64,000 nucleotides of DNA from Desulfatiglandales bacterium (GTDB lineage: Bacteria; Desulfobacterota; DSM-4660; Desulfatiglandales; HGW-15): NCBI GenBank assembly GCA_963667015.2, contig CAXXJJ010000003.1:64001-128000 (forward strand), in the 5' to 3' direction. Positions 28,688-39,353 of this stretch are shown piece after piece. The position numbers and the translations under genes were made by a program. How positions within the stretch are numbered: the stretch's first letter is position 1; every line of letters begins with the position of its first letter. Below the pieces are notes generated by a model that saw only the letters and a list, made by a program, of their open reading frames with translations, was not told where the DNA came from and ran no database searches.

Positions 28688-29707
28688 ATGAAACAAATGC
28701 CGCCTAAAGTCCCTTCCTTTAAGCCGCTCCATAAAATGCTCACCGGAGCCATTTCATCAAGGCTTTTGCTGGGAGGTCTAAATCTTAAAATATTTGATGT
28801 GCTGGAAGACTGGCGAACAGCGGAGCAGACAGCCGCGGAACTCGGGACCAATGCCGGGAGCACGGAATATTTTATGGACGCCCTCACAAACATCGGTCTG
28901 CTTGAAAAAAGGGGAGGGCGTTACAGGAATATGCCAATGACAAATCAATACCTGTCATCTGCATCCGGATATTATGTCGGAGACCTGTTCGCAATGATCA
29001 GGCAAATGAGTATTGATCCGCTGGAACATCTGGAAGATCTTGTCCGCAAAGGTCCGGGGCCTGTCCAGGCAGATATTGGGCCTGAGCCGGATGACTGGTG
29101 GGTAAAAAGCGCAAGGGCAAGCATGCCATGGGCAGTAGGCGAGATGGGAAGCCGTATTGCCGGGATAGTGAAAGGGCTTAAGGGGTTTTCAGGATTCAGG
29201 AGAATGCTTGATCTGGGCGGTGGGCATGGAGTTTTATCATTATATATTGCACAGACAAGCGAGATACTTGAAGCAGTAATATTTGACCATGACCCTGTAA
29301 CCCGACTGGCCTCGGAAATAATTTCTTCATGGGATATGGGTGAAAGGATCTCGGTAATGGCAGGAGACTACACGATTGATGATTTCGGGGACGGGTATGA
29401 CCTGGTGTTTGCCAGTGCCACATTAAACTGTGCAAAACACAGTCTGAATACCATGATTTCGAGGATATACAATTCCCTTGAACCGGAAGGTTTTTTTATA
29501 AGCCTGCATGACGGCATGACTAACGAGCATACAGAGCCTGCCCTGATACTGGAATGGCTGGGAGGGCTTTTAGGGGCGGGCCGGGATGTAAGGTTTGAAC
29601 AGGGGGAGCTGGCAGATGCCATGCTTGAGGCCGGGTTTAGGACTGTTCGATCCCGGACTCTTGAAACACCCATCGGCACAATGGAATTGGATATTGCCGG
29701 GAAATGA
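28688..29707 (+). CDS. O-methyltransferase (Methyltransf_2 type), paralog of the upstream gene
   Basis: MLDLGGGHG; AGDY; GYDLVF; same length (339 aa) and layout as its neighbour. Confidence 0.88.
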   Translation: MKQMPPKVPSFKPLHKMLTGAISSRLLLGGLNLKIFDVLEDWRTAEQTAAELGTNAGSTEYFMDALTNIGLLEKRGGRYRNMPMTNQYLSSASGYYVGDLFAMIRQMSIDPLEHLEDLVRKGPGPVQADIGPEPDDWWVKSARASMPWAVGEMGSRIAGIVKGLKGFSGFRRMLDLGGGHGVLSLYIAQTSEILEAVIFDHDPVTRLASEIISSWDMGERISVMAGDYTIDDFGDGYDLVFASATLNCAKHSLNTMISRIYNSLEPEGFFISLHDGMTNEHTEPALILEWLGGLLGAGRDVRFEQGELADAMLEAGFRTVRSRTLETPIGTMELDIAGK

Positions 29708-31467
29708 ATGAACCGGTAAAAATTAAAAAAGGCCTGTGGGCCATAATGGCCCCTGTAAAGGGTTATATAAAAGCAGCAATAACACTTTCCATCGCAGGAG
29801 CCGTGATCAATGTTGCGGGATACGTTCTGCTTGCGTATGTGCTTTTCATATCAGCAGGCGGATCTCTTGAATTATCAGGAATATCATTTGGTTTTAAGCA
29901 GGCCTTTTCCATGCTTGCCTTTGTGATTATATTTTCTTTTTTATTAAAATATTATTCCTTTACAGTATCACATCTTGGTGCCTTCAGGCTTGAGGAGATA
30001 TTAAGGACAAGTATCACTTCACACTGGGCAAAGGTTCCCCTTGGACATGTTATTTCCACGGGCACCGGGGCCATTAAAAAAGTCCTGCTTGATGATGTGA
30101 AAAATCTGCATGCCTTTGTGGCCGACAGTATACCAATGATCGGTAAAAGCATAGCAGCGCCTGTCGCGTCCCTTATAGCCCTGATAATTATTGACTACAG
30201 GCTGGCGCTGGTTGCTGTGAGTATATTGATGCTCGGCGCTTTAATCATGTATTTTGTTATGAAAGACGAAGCAAGGCACAGGACAAACTATGAGCAGAGC
30301 CAGTCGGACATAAACAGGGCCGTAATAGAATTTGTCCAGGCCATGCCTGTTGTAAGGACCTTTGATGACGGCAAAACACCTTTTAAAAGGTATAGCAGTG
30401 CTCTTGAAAGATACAGGGTACATTTGAAAACATGGATAGCAGCCACAAGCACACCTGCCAGGATATCCATGACTGTCTTAAGCCCCATGCCCACACTGAT
30501 TGCAGTAACTGCAGTCGGAATAATATTCGTTATACAGGACAGCCTGGATTTTACCCGGTTTATTGCCCTGCTCCTGGTCAGCACGGGCATGGCAGATGCC
30601 CTGATGCCGTTGATGTGGGCAAGTGAATTTATTAAGAAATCACGGGCAGCGGCAATCAGGATATATGAGGTTATGGATATCCCCGAACAAAGAGAGGCAT
30701 CATCTTTTAACTCTCCCGAAGGATATGATGTTGTGTTTGATAATGTCTCCTTCAAATATAATGAAAAGGATAACTATGCATTAAGGAATGTCAGCTTTAT
30801 TGTTCCCCAAAATACCGCAGTAGCGCTGGTAGGACCGAGCGGCGCGGGCAAAAGTACTGTGGCAAGGCTTATCCCCAGGTTCTGGGATGTGACTGAAGGC
30901 AGCATAAAAATAGGAAAAATTGATATAAAGGATATTGATACTTCAGTATTGATGGACATGGTTTCATTTGTTTTTCAGGATACCTTTTTATTTAATAATA
31001 CCATTGCAGACAATATACGAATTGCAAATGACAGTGCAACTGATGAAGATATAAAGGACGCCGCAAAGGCGGCACAGATACATGATTTTATTATGTCGCT
31101 ACCGCAGGGATACGAAACAAAGGCGGGAGACAGGGGGGGCAGTCTGTCGGGAGGGCAGAAACAGAGGATTACAATTGCCAGGGCCATCTTAAGAAATACG
31201 CCCATTGTTGTGCTTGACGAGGCAACCGCCTTTGCTGATCCTGAAAACGAAGAAGAGATAATAAAGGCCCTGTCAAACCTGATGAAAAATAAAACAGTCA
31301 TTGTGATTGCTCACAGGCTGCATGCAGTAAAGGACGTTGAGCAGATACTGGTTTTTGACAGGGGAAGAATATCGGAGACAGGAAGGCATGATGAACTGCT
31401 GGAAGGGCAGGGGATATACACCAGGCTTTGGGGTAACTATGAGAAAGCGCAAAACTGGGGGCTGTAA
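29704..31467 (+). CDS. ABC transporter permease/ATPase, YbtP/IrtA-like
   Basis: SHLGAFRLE, LHAFVADS, EFVQAMPVVRTFD; GPSGAGKS; DEATAFADPENE. Confidence 0.9.
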   Translation: MNEPVKIKKGLWAIMAPVKGYIKAAITLSIAGAVINVAGYVLLAYVLFISAGGSLELSGISFGFKQAFSMLAFVIIFSFLLKYYSFTVSHLGAFRLEEILRTSITSHWAKVPLGHVISTGTGAIKKVLLDDVKNLHAFVADSIPMIGKSIAAPVASLIALIIIDYRLALVAVSILMLGALIMYFVMKDEARHRTNYEQSQSDINRAVIEFVQAMPVVRTFDDGKTPFKRYSSALERYRVHLKTWIAATSTPARISMTVLSPMPTLIAVTAVGIIFVIQDSLDFTRFIALLLVSTGMADALMPLMWASEFIKKSRAAAIRIYEVMDIPEQREASSFNSPEGYDVVFDNVSFKYNEKDNYALRNVSFIVPQNTAVALVGPSGAGKSTVARLIPRFWDVTEGSIKIGKIDIKDIDTSVLMDMVSFVFQDTFLFNNTIADNIRIANDSATDEDIKDAAKAAQIHDFIMSLPQGYETKAGDRGGSLSGGQKQRITIARAILRNTPIVVLDEATAFADPENEEEIIKALSNLMKNKTVIVIAHRLHAVKDVEQILVFDRGRISETGRHDELLEGQGIYTRLWGNYEKAQNWGL

Positions 31468-31488
31468 TTTTATTTAGGGGATTGCATA

Positions 31489-33258
31489 ATGCAGAAAGCA
31501 GGATTTTCATCAGTATACGAAATCTACAAACTCACCCTGGAGCTTGCAGGAGAACGTGCAGGCAGTTTTAAAAAAAGCCTGCTTTGTTTTTTTGTGGCCT
31601 TTGTGTCACAGGGGCTTGCGCTGGGTATGTTTTATCCTCTTTTAAAAGGTCTGTTTGCCGGGGATATCATAGTCCCTGATGTGCTCACCTGGCTTGGATT
31701 AATGATATTTTTCAGCATAATATCCCTTGCAGTAAAATGGAAGGCCCATGATTTTGATTATACCGGTAATATCGTTGATATAGCCCACTTTCTCAGGTCA
31801 AGGCTCGGTATAAGGCTCAGGATGATGCCTTTGCAGAAACTTTCGTCATGTAAAACAGGGGAGCTTAATTCCATATTCTCAAGCAATGTTGATGAATCAG
31901 TACTGCTTATGGGTATGGTGGCCGGTGTACTTATGCAGTTGTTTGTTGTTCCTGCTACAATAATCGCGGTTACCTTCTGCTTTGATTTCAGGCTGGCCCT
32001 ACTGATGCTCCTGTTTTTCCCCTTTGCAATTCCGCTTTATTACAGGGCAAGAAAACTCGGCATTCATGAAAAATCGGAATTCAATCGTGCAAACGCGGAA
32101 CTTGAAGCGGGGTTTATTGAGTATATCCAGGGATTACCTGTTTTAAGGGCTGTAAACAGAACCGGTATAAATGCAGAAAAACTTCAGCAGGCCATAGGGC
32201 ATGTAAGGGCAGTACAGAAACAGGACCTGTATAAATTACAGTTGCCATTCGTCCTGCTGGGTATTTTGATCGAAACACTTCTCCTGGTTATCCTCTTTGC
32301 CGGGGCCATGTTTGTTGATGCCGGATCCATGGAACCGGTGACGCTGGGCGCCTGTCTTGTTATTGTGGCAAGGCTTACGGAACCCCTGTCGATTTTTATC
32401 GGCATAATTCAACTGTTTGACCTGATGGATTCCGCATTTAAAAGGATAAAGTCCATACTGGAAACAGAATCCCTTGAGGTCCACAAACCTGTTCAACGTC
32501 CGGATAAATTTGATATCGTGTTTAAGGGTGTATCCTTTACCTATGATAATCAGCACACGAAAGCTATAGACAATATGAGCTTTTATATACCTGAAAAAAC
32601 CATGACTGCCATTGCAGGGCATTCAGGATGCGGCAAGACAACATTGACCAGGCTTATCATGAGATACGCGGATGTTCAGCAGGGAAGTATCAAAATAGGC
32701 GGAGCGGATATAAAAAATATGAATCCCGATGACCTGATGAAATATATATCAGTTGTGTTTCAGGATGTGTACCTGTTTGATGATACGATTATGAACAATA
32801 TAAAAATGGCAAATCCGGATGCAACTGATAAGGAAGTGGAAGACGCCGCGCAATCAGCATACTGCCATGAGTTTATATCCGCTATGCCTGACGGGTACAA
32901 TACAAAGACAGGTGATATAGGGGGAAATCTGTCAGGAGGAGAAAAGCAGAGGATAAGTATCGCCAGGGCAATACTGAAAAATGCTCCAATTGTTATCCTG
33001 GACGAACCCACCGCAGCCCTTGATACTGAAAGCGAGATGGCAGTACAAAATGCTATAAACAGGCTTGTTGAAGACAGGACAGTGATAGTAATAGCCCACA
33101 GGTTATCTACCATCATAGGAGCGGACAACATACTGGTTATGGATAATGGCAGGATAATAGAAAGCGGAAGACATGATGTACTGATCGAAAAAAGAGGAAA
33201 ATACTTTGATATGTGGTCTGCACAGCAAAGGATTAAAGAATGGCAAATGGCTGATTAA
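31489..33258 (+). CDS. ABC transporter permease/ATPase, YbtQ/IrtB-like
   Basis: EYIQGLPVLRA; GHSGCGKT; LSGGEKQR; DEPTAALDTESE. Confidence 0.9.
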   Translation: MQKAGFSSVYEIYKLTLELAGERAGSFKKSLLCFFVAFVSQGLALGMFYPLLKGLFAGDIIVPDVLTWLGLMIFFSIISLAVKWKAHDFDYTGNIVDIAHFLRSRLGIRLRMMPLQKLSSCKTGELNSIFSSNVDESVLLMGMVAGVLMQLFVVPATIIAVTFCFDFRLALLMLLFFPFAIPLYYRARKLGIHEKSEFNRANAELEAGFIEYIQGLPVLRAVNRTGINAEKLQQAIGHVRAVQKQDLYKLQLPFVLLGILIETLLLVILFAGAMFVDAGSMEPVTLGACLVIVARLTEPLSIFIGIIQLFDLMDSAFKRIKSILETESLEVHKPVQRPDKFDIVFKGVSFTYDNQHTKAIDNMSFYIPEKTMTAIAGHSGCGKTTLTRLIMRYADVQQGSIKIGGADIKNMNPDDLMKYISVVFQDVYLFDDTIMNNIKMANPDATDKEVEDAAQSAYCHEFISAMPDGYNTKTGDIGGNLSGGEKQRISIARAILKNAPIVILDEPTAALDTESEMAVQNAINRLVEDRTVIVIAHRLSTIIGADNILVMDNGRIIESGRHDVLIEKRGKYFDMWSAQQRIKEWQMAD

Positions 33259-33473
33259 TACCTGAAAATAGAAGAAATTTACAACCTCGCCCCGGTCCTG
33301 ATGCCGGAAGACCTGCCTGAAGTATCAAGGTTTGAAATTATTAACTGTATATTTGAACAAAAAGTAAAAGGAATGTTCATGCAGGATGTATGGCATACGT
33401 AATGCATAAACGTTTTATTTACAATATCAAAAAGAATTACGAAGTCAGCTCGTCTGTTTTTCTGAAAAAATAC

Positions 33474-33511
33474 TTGACAGGAAACATTACAAATGTTAGA
33501 TGAATCTAAAT
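33474..33511 (+). promoter_or_regulatory. TTGACA promoter with TTAG-N6-CTAA box, copy 3
   Basis: TTGACA 33474-33479; TGTTAG-ATGAAT-CTAAAT 33494-33511. Confidence 0.7.
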
Positions 33512-33538
33512 AATATATATAGGGCTAATAAGTGTATA

Positions 33539-33614
33539 TCCTTACGGCTTTCGGTCTTCAGGACGCGTATTGAAGTGAAGGTGCAGGTGGTATCAACCAT
33601 CTGCGCCTTTTTTT
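33539..33614 (+). ncRNA. Conserved structured leader RNA with intrinsic terminator, copy 3
   Basis: TCCTTACGGCTTTCG-GTC-loop-GAC-GCGTATTGAAGTGAAGGTGCAG...CTGCGCCTTTTTTT. Confidence 0.75.
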
Positions 33615-33652
33615 ATAATTTACTGTAAAAGTGTCATTGATGTAAGCTTATT

Positions 33653-34639
33653 ATGAATACTGATTATATAAAATACTCCTGGCAGGGCTCAAACCCGCTT
33701 TCAACAAGCCAGATAAAAAACTTTCAGAACAAAAAGCAGATATATGCAATAGAAAGAGATTTACTGGTTGCTGTTGATAATTTTTCCCTTTCAAAGGATT
33801 ATTCGATTCCTGTCAGAAAGCGTGTGGAATGTATCGAGCTTGCATATATCTATTCCGCCAGCGGCACCCTGCACCTCAGTCTGGATAACGGTTTTACAAG
33901 GTCCATGGAACTTCTTCCCGGGACCTGCACTTTTTTGCCGAATAAAAAGCTGCCATATGAAGTAAATACTTTGTTTGAAATGGAGCGCTCCAGTCCTGTT
34001 AAAATGGTGACCATATTCATAACTCCTGAAAAACTTTCATCCCTTATGGGAACATCAGTTTACTTTTTATGGAATAATTTATCAGGAGGATTATGGGAGG
34101 AAGACAAAATAAATCACGAGCTCTATTTTGAGATGGCACCCGCTGTTGAATCGGCAGTATTCCAGATTCTTCAATGCAGTATCGAGGGCCCGGCCAGAAA
34201 GTTATTTATTGAGGGAAAGGTTCTTGAGCTTCTGGCCCTTGAGATAGACAGTAAGTTCGGTAAAAAGTCTCCCTGTACTGCCCTGTCTCCAAAGGAGGTG
34301 GAGCAGCTTCACCAGGTGAAACAAATAATGATGGACAGTATGCTTGATCCGCCCACACTGGCGGAACTCGCTAGAAAAGTGGGATTAAATGAAAAAAAGA
34401 TTAAAACCGGGTTCCGTCATCTATTCGGGCAGACGGTCTATGGATTTCTTAATTCCCACCGCATGGAAACTGCAAAACGAATGATGGAGCAGGAATTCTG
34501 CCCGGTAAGCGAGGCTGCCTGGGCAGTGGGATATGTAAATGTAAGTCATTTCAGCTCTTCCTTCAGGAAAAGATTCGGTGTGCTGCCGGGCGATTATCTC
34601 AGAGATTTGCGGAACAGACTCATCCTTCCCCATTTATAA
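33653..34639 (+). CDS. AraC family regulator (PchR/YbtA-like)
   Basis: EGKVLELLA...PPTLAELARKVGLNEKKIKTGF...VGYVNVSHFSSSF. Confidence 0.92.
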   Translation: MNTDYIKYSWQGSNPLSTSQIKNFQNKKQIYAIERDLLVAVDNFSLSKDYSIPVRKRVECIELAYIYSASGTLHLSLDNGFTRSMELLPGTCTFLPNKKLPYEVNTLFEMERSSPVKMVTIFITPEKLSSLMGTSVYFLWNNLSGGLWEEDKINHELYFEMAPAVESAVFQILQCSIEGPARKLFIEGKVLELLALEIDSKFGKKSPCTALSPKEVEQLHQVKQIMMDSMLDPPTLAELARKVGLNEKKIKTGFRHLFGQTVYGFLNSHRMETAKRMMEQEFCPVSEAAWAVGYVNVSHFSSSFRKRFGVLPGDYLRDLRNRLILPHL

Positions 34640-34714
34640 AACCTCCCCTGAACAATGATATCCCCTCCCGGGGCAGAGAAAGTCCTTTAGCGGGTAGTCA
34701 GGCATGACTAAATA

Positions 34715-34732
34715 TATTAGATATGACTAATT
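34715..34732 (+). promoter_or_regulatory. TTAG-N6-CTAA box upstream of a TonB receptor
   Basis: TATTAG-ATATGA-CTAATT; possible AraC half-sites near 34662 and 34683. Confidence 0.65.
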
Positions 34733-34764
34733 AAATCATATTTTCATATCAACAGGAGAAATAT

Positions 34765-36921
34765 ATGTCCGATATCAGCAATTTCAAAATAAAGCAATCG
34801 GTGTTTTCATATGTTATTACAGCCTTTTTTTTAATATTCATAATGGTTTTAGGCACGACAGTATGGGCAGAAGAAACCGAGTCAGCAGATTATAAGCTTG
34901 AAACAGTGGTTGTCACAGCCAACAAGATGGAAGAGAACCCGGCAAAGGTCCCGCAGAGCATTACAGTCATAGATGAGGTCATACTCGAAGAAAAGGGCAT
35001 CAAAAATGTGAATGATCTCATCCGGGAGATCCCCAACATGACCGCAGCCGCCAGCCCCATTGCCACGGGTGTCAGGTTCCGGGGCCTTAACCCGTCTATA
35101 TTCACTAATAACAATCCGGTACTCATCTATATCGACGGTGTAGCCCACATCGGCACGGAAGGTTTTGACGCATCCTTTGCTAATGCAGAACGGATTGAGG
35201 TACTGCGCGGTCCCCAGGGTGCGATCTACGGCAAGGACGCTATCGGCGCGGTTATAAATATCGTCACCAAAAAACCTGTAAATGAATGGCAGGGAAAAAT
35301 AGGGGTAGAATATGGGAGTTATAATCTCATGCGCGGGGTTTTTAATGCCAACGGCGCCCTCATCAATGACAGGCTCTATATGGGAATAAACGGGCAATAC
35401 CGACAGGATGACGGCTGGATTGAGAATGAGAACCCAGACAGGGACAAGGACTTCAACAAAGCAGACGACCGCCGGACCAACCTCAACCTGACTGCAACTC
35501 CCACTGACCAATTTGCCCTCCGGCTCTCCCTGATCAACGAATACACCAGAGAATATGGTGTTGACGGTTTGGGCGTGCCGGACGGGGACAATATTTACGA
35601 TTATTCCAGGGATGACGCCGAACATGTCGACTTTGATGTGCCCACCAGGCAGACCACGGAAAACAATGCCCAGAGCCTGGCTTTGATCTATGATTTTGAT
35701 ATTTTTTCCCTTAATTCGATTACCACGCACAAACTCCTGGAATTCGATGCCAGTTATGATTCGGACTTTGGCAACAATTCCCTTTATGACGGACTGACTC
35801 AATTCTGGAATTATAAGGATGAAAACTGGACCCAGGAAATGCGCCTGTCGAGCGCTGACACGGACGGTTTCCGCTGGGTGGCAGGTCTGTATTTTGAAAA
35901 GGAAAAACGCGATCAGCCCGGCATAGGGCAGCAGTTCCCCGGATTCGATCCGGTTACCTATGACTATCTGGGCAACTTTGAGATGAGCGCGGAATCCCGC
36001 ATGGACGCCGAAACATTTGCAGTCTTCGGCCAGGTCATTATCCCCTTTTCCCAGGGCTTTGAGCTGACCCTGGGAGGACGCTACCAGCGCATCGAAAAAG
36101 AGATAGATCTCTCCATGTATTACCTGCCGGTAGCAGTGCCCGGCCCGTCCATGTTTGATTTAAAGGCCGAAAAGACCTGGAATGTCTTCCTTCCCAAGGC
36201 TGCAGTGTCCTGGCAGTTTGCCGATTCCTGGAGTTCATATATATCATACTCCAGTGGCTACATGCCCGGAGGTTTCAACTATTTTGCCATGGCCGGCGAT
36301 GAGGAAGACAACAGATTTGAGCCCCAGAAATCCGCAAATTATGAATGGGGACTGAAAGGTGAGTTTGAGCGCGGATATCTGGCCGCATCCTTGTTCTATA
36401 TGGATATCAAGGACATCCATGTCTACAAGGTCGAGGGCATGGGCACGATGTTTGTTACGGACAACGCCGAGAAGGCCCATTCACAGGGTCTTGAACTGGA
36501 AGCGATCTACCGGCCTCTAAAAGGTCTGGAATTGAGCGCGGCCCTGGGTATCATTGAGGCCGAATACGATGATTACGACACCGGGGTTGGCAACTACAAC
36601 GGCAGAAACATCGAACTGACTCCGACCCATACTATTCGTGTCGGGGCCGCATACATACACCCCGGCGGCTTCTACAGCCGTATCGATATCTATAACCAGG
36701 GGAAAATGTATTTTTATGACAACGAAAACATGGAGTTCCCTGAACAGGATATGTACACGCTGGTAGACGCAAGACTCGGCTACAGGCTCGATGACTGGGA
36801 TTTCTGCGTCTATGGCAGCAACCTGACCGATGAGGAATATTTTACGGGTTTTTCCAGCATGCGTGTGCTTTCCTTTGGCAAACCGCGTACCTTTGGCGTT
36901 GGAATGACCTACTATTTCTAA
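34765..36921 (+). CDS. TonB-dependent receptor (FyuA-like)
   Basis: LETVVVTANK; ERIEVLRGPQGAIYGKDAIGAVINIVTK; PRTFGVGMTYYF. Confidence 0.95.
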   Translation: MSDISNFKIKQSVFSYVITAFFLIFIMVLGTTVWAEETESADYKLETVVVTANKMEENPAKVPQSITVIDEVILEEKGIKNVNDLIREIPNMTAAASPIATGVRFRGLNPSIFTNNNPVLIYIDGVAHIGTEGFDASFANAERIEVLRGPQGAIYGKDAIGAVINIVTKKPVNEWQGKIGVEYGSYNLMRGVFNANGALINDRLYMGINGQYRQDDGWIENENPDRDKDFNKADDRRTNLNLTATPTDQFALRLSLINEYTREYGVDGLGVPDGDNIYDYSRDDAEHVDFDVPTRQTTENNAQSLALIYDFDIFSLNSITTHKLLEFDASYDSDFGNNSLYDGLTQFWNYKDENWTQEMRLSSADTDGFRWVAGLYFEKEKRDQPGIGQQFPGFDPVTYDYLGNFEMSAESRMDAETFAVFGQVIIPFSQGFELTLGGRYQRIEKEIDLSMYYLPVAVPGPSMFDLKAEKTWNVFLPKAAVSWQFADSWSSYISYSSGYMPGGFNYFAMAGDEEDNRFEPQKSANYEWGLKGEFERGYLAASLFYMDIKDIHVYKVEGMGTMFVTDNAEKAHSQGLELEAIYRPLKGLELSAALGIIEAEYDDYDTGVGNYNGRNIELTPTHTIRVGAAYIHPGGFYSRIDIYNQGKMYFYDNENMEFPEQDMYTLVDARLGYRLDDWDFCVYGSNLTDEEYFTGFSSMRVLSFGKPRTFGVGMTYYF

Positions 36922-36950
36922 CAGTAAAGTATCCTATTGAACAAAGAGGA

Positions 36951-37184
36951 ATGAATATGGCTAAAAGCCTTAAAAACAGCCTGACCGGAGAAAGGGTGCG
37001 TATTGCCGCCATAGGGGGTGATCACCGTTTTATGAGCAGGGTAACTGCCATCGGTCTTACAATCGGCTGTGAAGTGGAGATAATCGAGAATCAGAAACGC
37101 CTGCCAATACTGATCTATGAGCGGGACACCATGGTGGCTGTGAATAGAAAAGATTCCGGAAGGGTGATAGTGGAAGATATATAA
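36951..37184 (+). CDS. feoA: Ferrous iron transport protein A
   Basis: 77 aa; RVTAIGLTIGCEVEII...VAVNRK pattern; immediately upstream of feoB. Confidence 0.9.
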   Translation: MNMAKSLKNSLTGERVRIAAIGGDHRFMSRVTAIGLTIGCEVEIIENQKRLPILIYERDTMVAVNRKDSGRVIVEDI

Positions 37185-39259
37185 TGACTGAAACACGCAT
37201 ACACAATATCCTTTTGACCAGTCCGAAGGAGGAATCGCCGGAACCTTTGCCTGTAAGGGAGATCGCCCTGCTGGGGCAGCCGAATACCGGGAAATCGACA
37301 ATATTCAATGCCCTTACCGGATCAAGGCAGCATGTGGGCAACTGGCCCGGAAAGACAGTCGAAAAAAAGACAGGTTTTTTTACCTTTATGGAAAAAGAGT
37401 ATTCTGTGGTAGATCTTCCGGGTTCATATAGTTTGTTTGCCTGCTCTGAAGAAGAACGGATTACACGTGACTACATAGCCGCAGGCAGGGCGGATTTGGT
37501 TTGCATCATAGTAGACGCCTCCCAGCTTGAACGGAGCCTTTATATGCTTGCAGATTATGCGGGGATCAGGCACCCGGCAATACTGATCCTCAACATGATC
37601 GATGTGGCTGAGGAACAGGGCAGAACCATTGACTGCAGGGCTCTTTCCAGGCAGCTTGGAATACCTGTAGTCCCCATGAATGCTTCCGATAAAAACGGGT
37701 ATGAAGGATTTTTAAAGGTCATAGGACAGGAGCCCAAAGAGCTGGATTTTTCATCCCTGGATGAAATCTGTGAATCGGCCATGGGAGAGGACTACACTGC
37801 CCTTATAGGCCTGCTGCCTGCACATGGGATCGGCGCCTATTCCCGTCCTTGGCTGGCCTCAAAAATCCTCGAAGGTGACGCGCCGGCATCAGATATGGTA
37901 AAGGCCTCCATATCTTCATCCCCATGGGAGGAGATTCAATCAGCGCTCAAAGGCGTAAAGGCTGGTTCTCCGGACACGGCCAGGTGCAGATTCGAATGGA
38001 TAGCCTCGCTGATAAGGGGAAAAGTTACATCAAAGGATAACAGCAATGGCGCCAGACCCCCGCGTGGAAAGTTTGATTGCCTGGCCACAAGCAGGCGCTG
38101 GGGAAAGCCTCTTGCCCTTGCCATGATGTTTGCAGGGCTTATAGCCTCTTTTATTATCACCATTCCCTGGATGTACCTGAGTTTCAAGGCTCCAAGATGG
38201 CTTCTGCCTTTTATTCTTGACGGCCTAAGCGCCGCAGGCATGTCGCCATGGTTTCTTTCTCTTGTTGAAGTAGCCATGCAGGCAGTGGGTACTGCCGTGG
38301 GCCTGGCAGGTTTTGTGGCAGGATCGAGCCTTGTCTTCGGCTTTATGGAAGAGGTCGGTTACATGGCACGTATATCCTATGTCTTTGACAATACCATGTC
38401 TAAACTGGGACTCCAGGGAAAAGCTGTGATGCCATTTTTAATGAGCTTCGGATGCGCTATCGGAGGGTCAACAAGCACAAGGGTTATAGATTCCTGGGGA
38501 CAGCGGGTCCTTACCATGGCCCTCGCCTGGATAATGCCCTGCGCAGCAACCTGGGGTGTTGTGGCGGTTTTCGGGGCCGCCTTTTTCGGTCTTAATACAG
38601 TATGGGTTATCGCGGCTTTGTTTATCACCTCCTACCTGTTAATATCGGTTACAGCCAGGATATTCGGTCCGCACCTTGTAAAAGAAGAGGAGAGGGCAGG
38701 CCTTATCATGGAGCTGCCGCCCTATCACAAACCCAGATGGCGCAGCCTGTTTCGACTGGTATTCATACGTATGGGCGATATGCTGAGACGCGCACTGGTT
38801 TTTATTGTATCACTTTCGGTTATCTTCTGGGTGTTTGCATATACTTCCGATGGAAATATCGAACACAGCATTCTATACAGGATAGGGCGCAGTGTGGAAC
38901 CGGTGACCATGTGGTTCGGATTACGCTGGCAGACCTTTACCGCCCTTGTATGCTCGATAATGGGAAAGGAGGCCTCCCTGGGTGTCCTGAGCTCCGTGTT
39001 CGGCGCATCAGCCACGGTTTTAGGTAAAGCCGAGGTAAGCGCAGACCTGGGATCACAACTGCGGGCAACACTGTCAACAGCCGAAGCCCTGGCCTTTTTG
39101 TTCGGTTTTTACTTCAGCATCCCCTGTTTTGTAGCAGTACTTTCAATGAAGCAGGAAACCAATTCATGGAAATGGACGCTCCGCATCTCGGGTTATTACA
39201 TTGCCGTAGCACTGTTAATGTCCGCCCTTGTATACCATCTGGCGAGGCTTGTTTTGTAA
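37184..39259 (+). CDS. feoB: Ferrous iron transport protein B
   Basis: GQPNTGKS, GNWPGKTVE, DLPG and NMID G motifs; EEVGYMAR, FGCA, MELPPY and IPC membrane motifs. Confidence 0.95.
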   Translation: MTETRIHNILLTSPKEESPEPLPVREIALLGQPNTGKSTIFNALTGSRQHVGNWPGKTVEKKTGFFTFMEKEYSVVDLPGSYSLFACSEEERITRDYIAAGRADLVCIIVDASQLERSLYMLADYAGIRHPAILILNMIDVAEEQGRTIDCRALSRQLGIPVVPMNASDKNGYEGFLKVIGQEPKELDFSSLDEICESAMGEDYTALIGLLPAHGIGAYSRPWLASKILEGDAPASDMVKASISSSPWEEIQSALKGVKAGSPDTARCRFEWIASLIRGKVTSKDNSNGARPPRGKFDCLATSRRWGKPLALAMMFAGLIASFIITIPWMYLSFKAPRWLLPFILDGLSAAGMSPWFLSLVEVAMQAVGTAVGLAGFVAGSSLVFGFMEEVGYMARISYVFDNTMSKLGLQGKAVMPFLMSFGCAIGGSTSTRVIDSWGQRVLTMALAWIMPCAATWGVVAVFGAAFFGLNTVWVIAALFITSYLLISVTARIFGPHLVKEEERAGLIMELPPYHKPRWRSLFRLVFIRMGDMLRRALVFIVSLSVIFWVFAYTSDGNIEHSILYRIGRSVEPVTMWFGLRWQTFTALVCSIMGKEASLGVLSSVFGASATVLGKAEVSADLGSQLRATLSTAEALAFLFGFYFSIPCFVAVLSMKQETNSWKWTLRISGYYIAVALLMSALVYHLARLVL

Positions 39260-39353
39260 TGAAGGCATGAACTGCGAGTTTTTATGGGGAAAATGTTGAG
39301 GGAATAAAAAACGATATTCGTTAATTCATATGTGTCAGTGAAAAGGTGAAGTT

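Noticed and set aside
33259..33402. Open frame continuing after the ABC gene's TAA (YLKIEEIYNLAPVLMPEDL...)
   Set aside because: Short, with no RBS-linked start and no family I can recognise; possibly a gene remnant but unsupported.
34730..34752. Fur box upstream of the TonB receptor
   Set aside because: Only a partial TGAAAAT-like half-site in AT-rich DNA; no convincing 7-1-7 palindrome here or at the other promoters.
34882..35802. Long antisense ORFs (306 aa here; also 27731-28489, 50579-51298, 19122-19763)
   Set aside because: They shadow well-supported sense genes and have no recognisable motifs.
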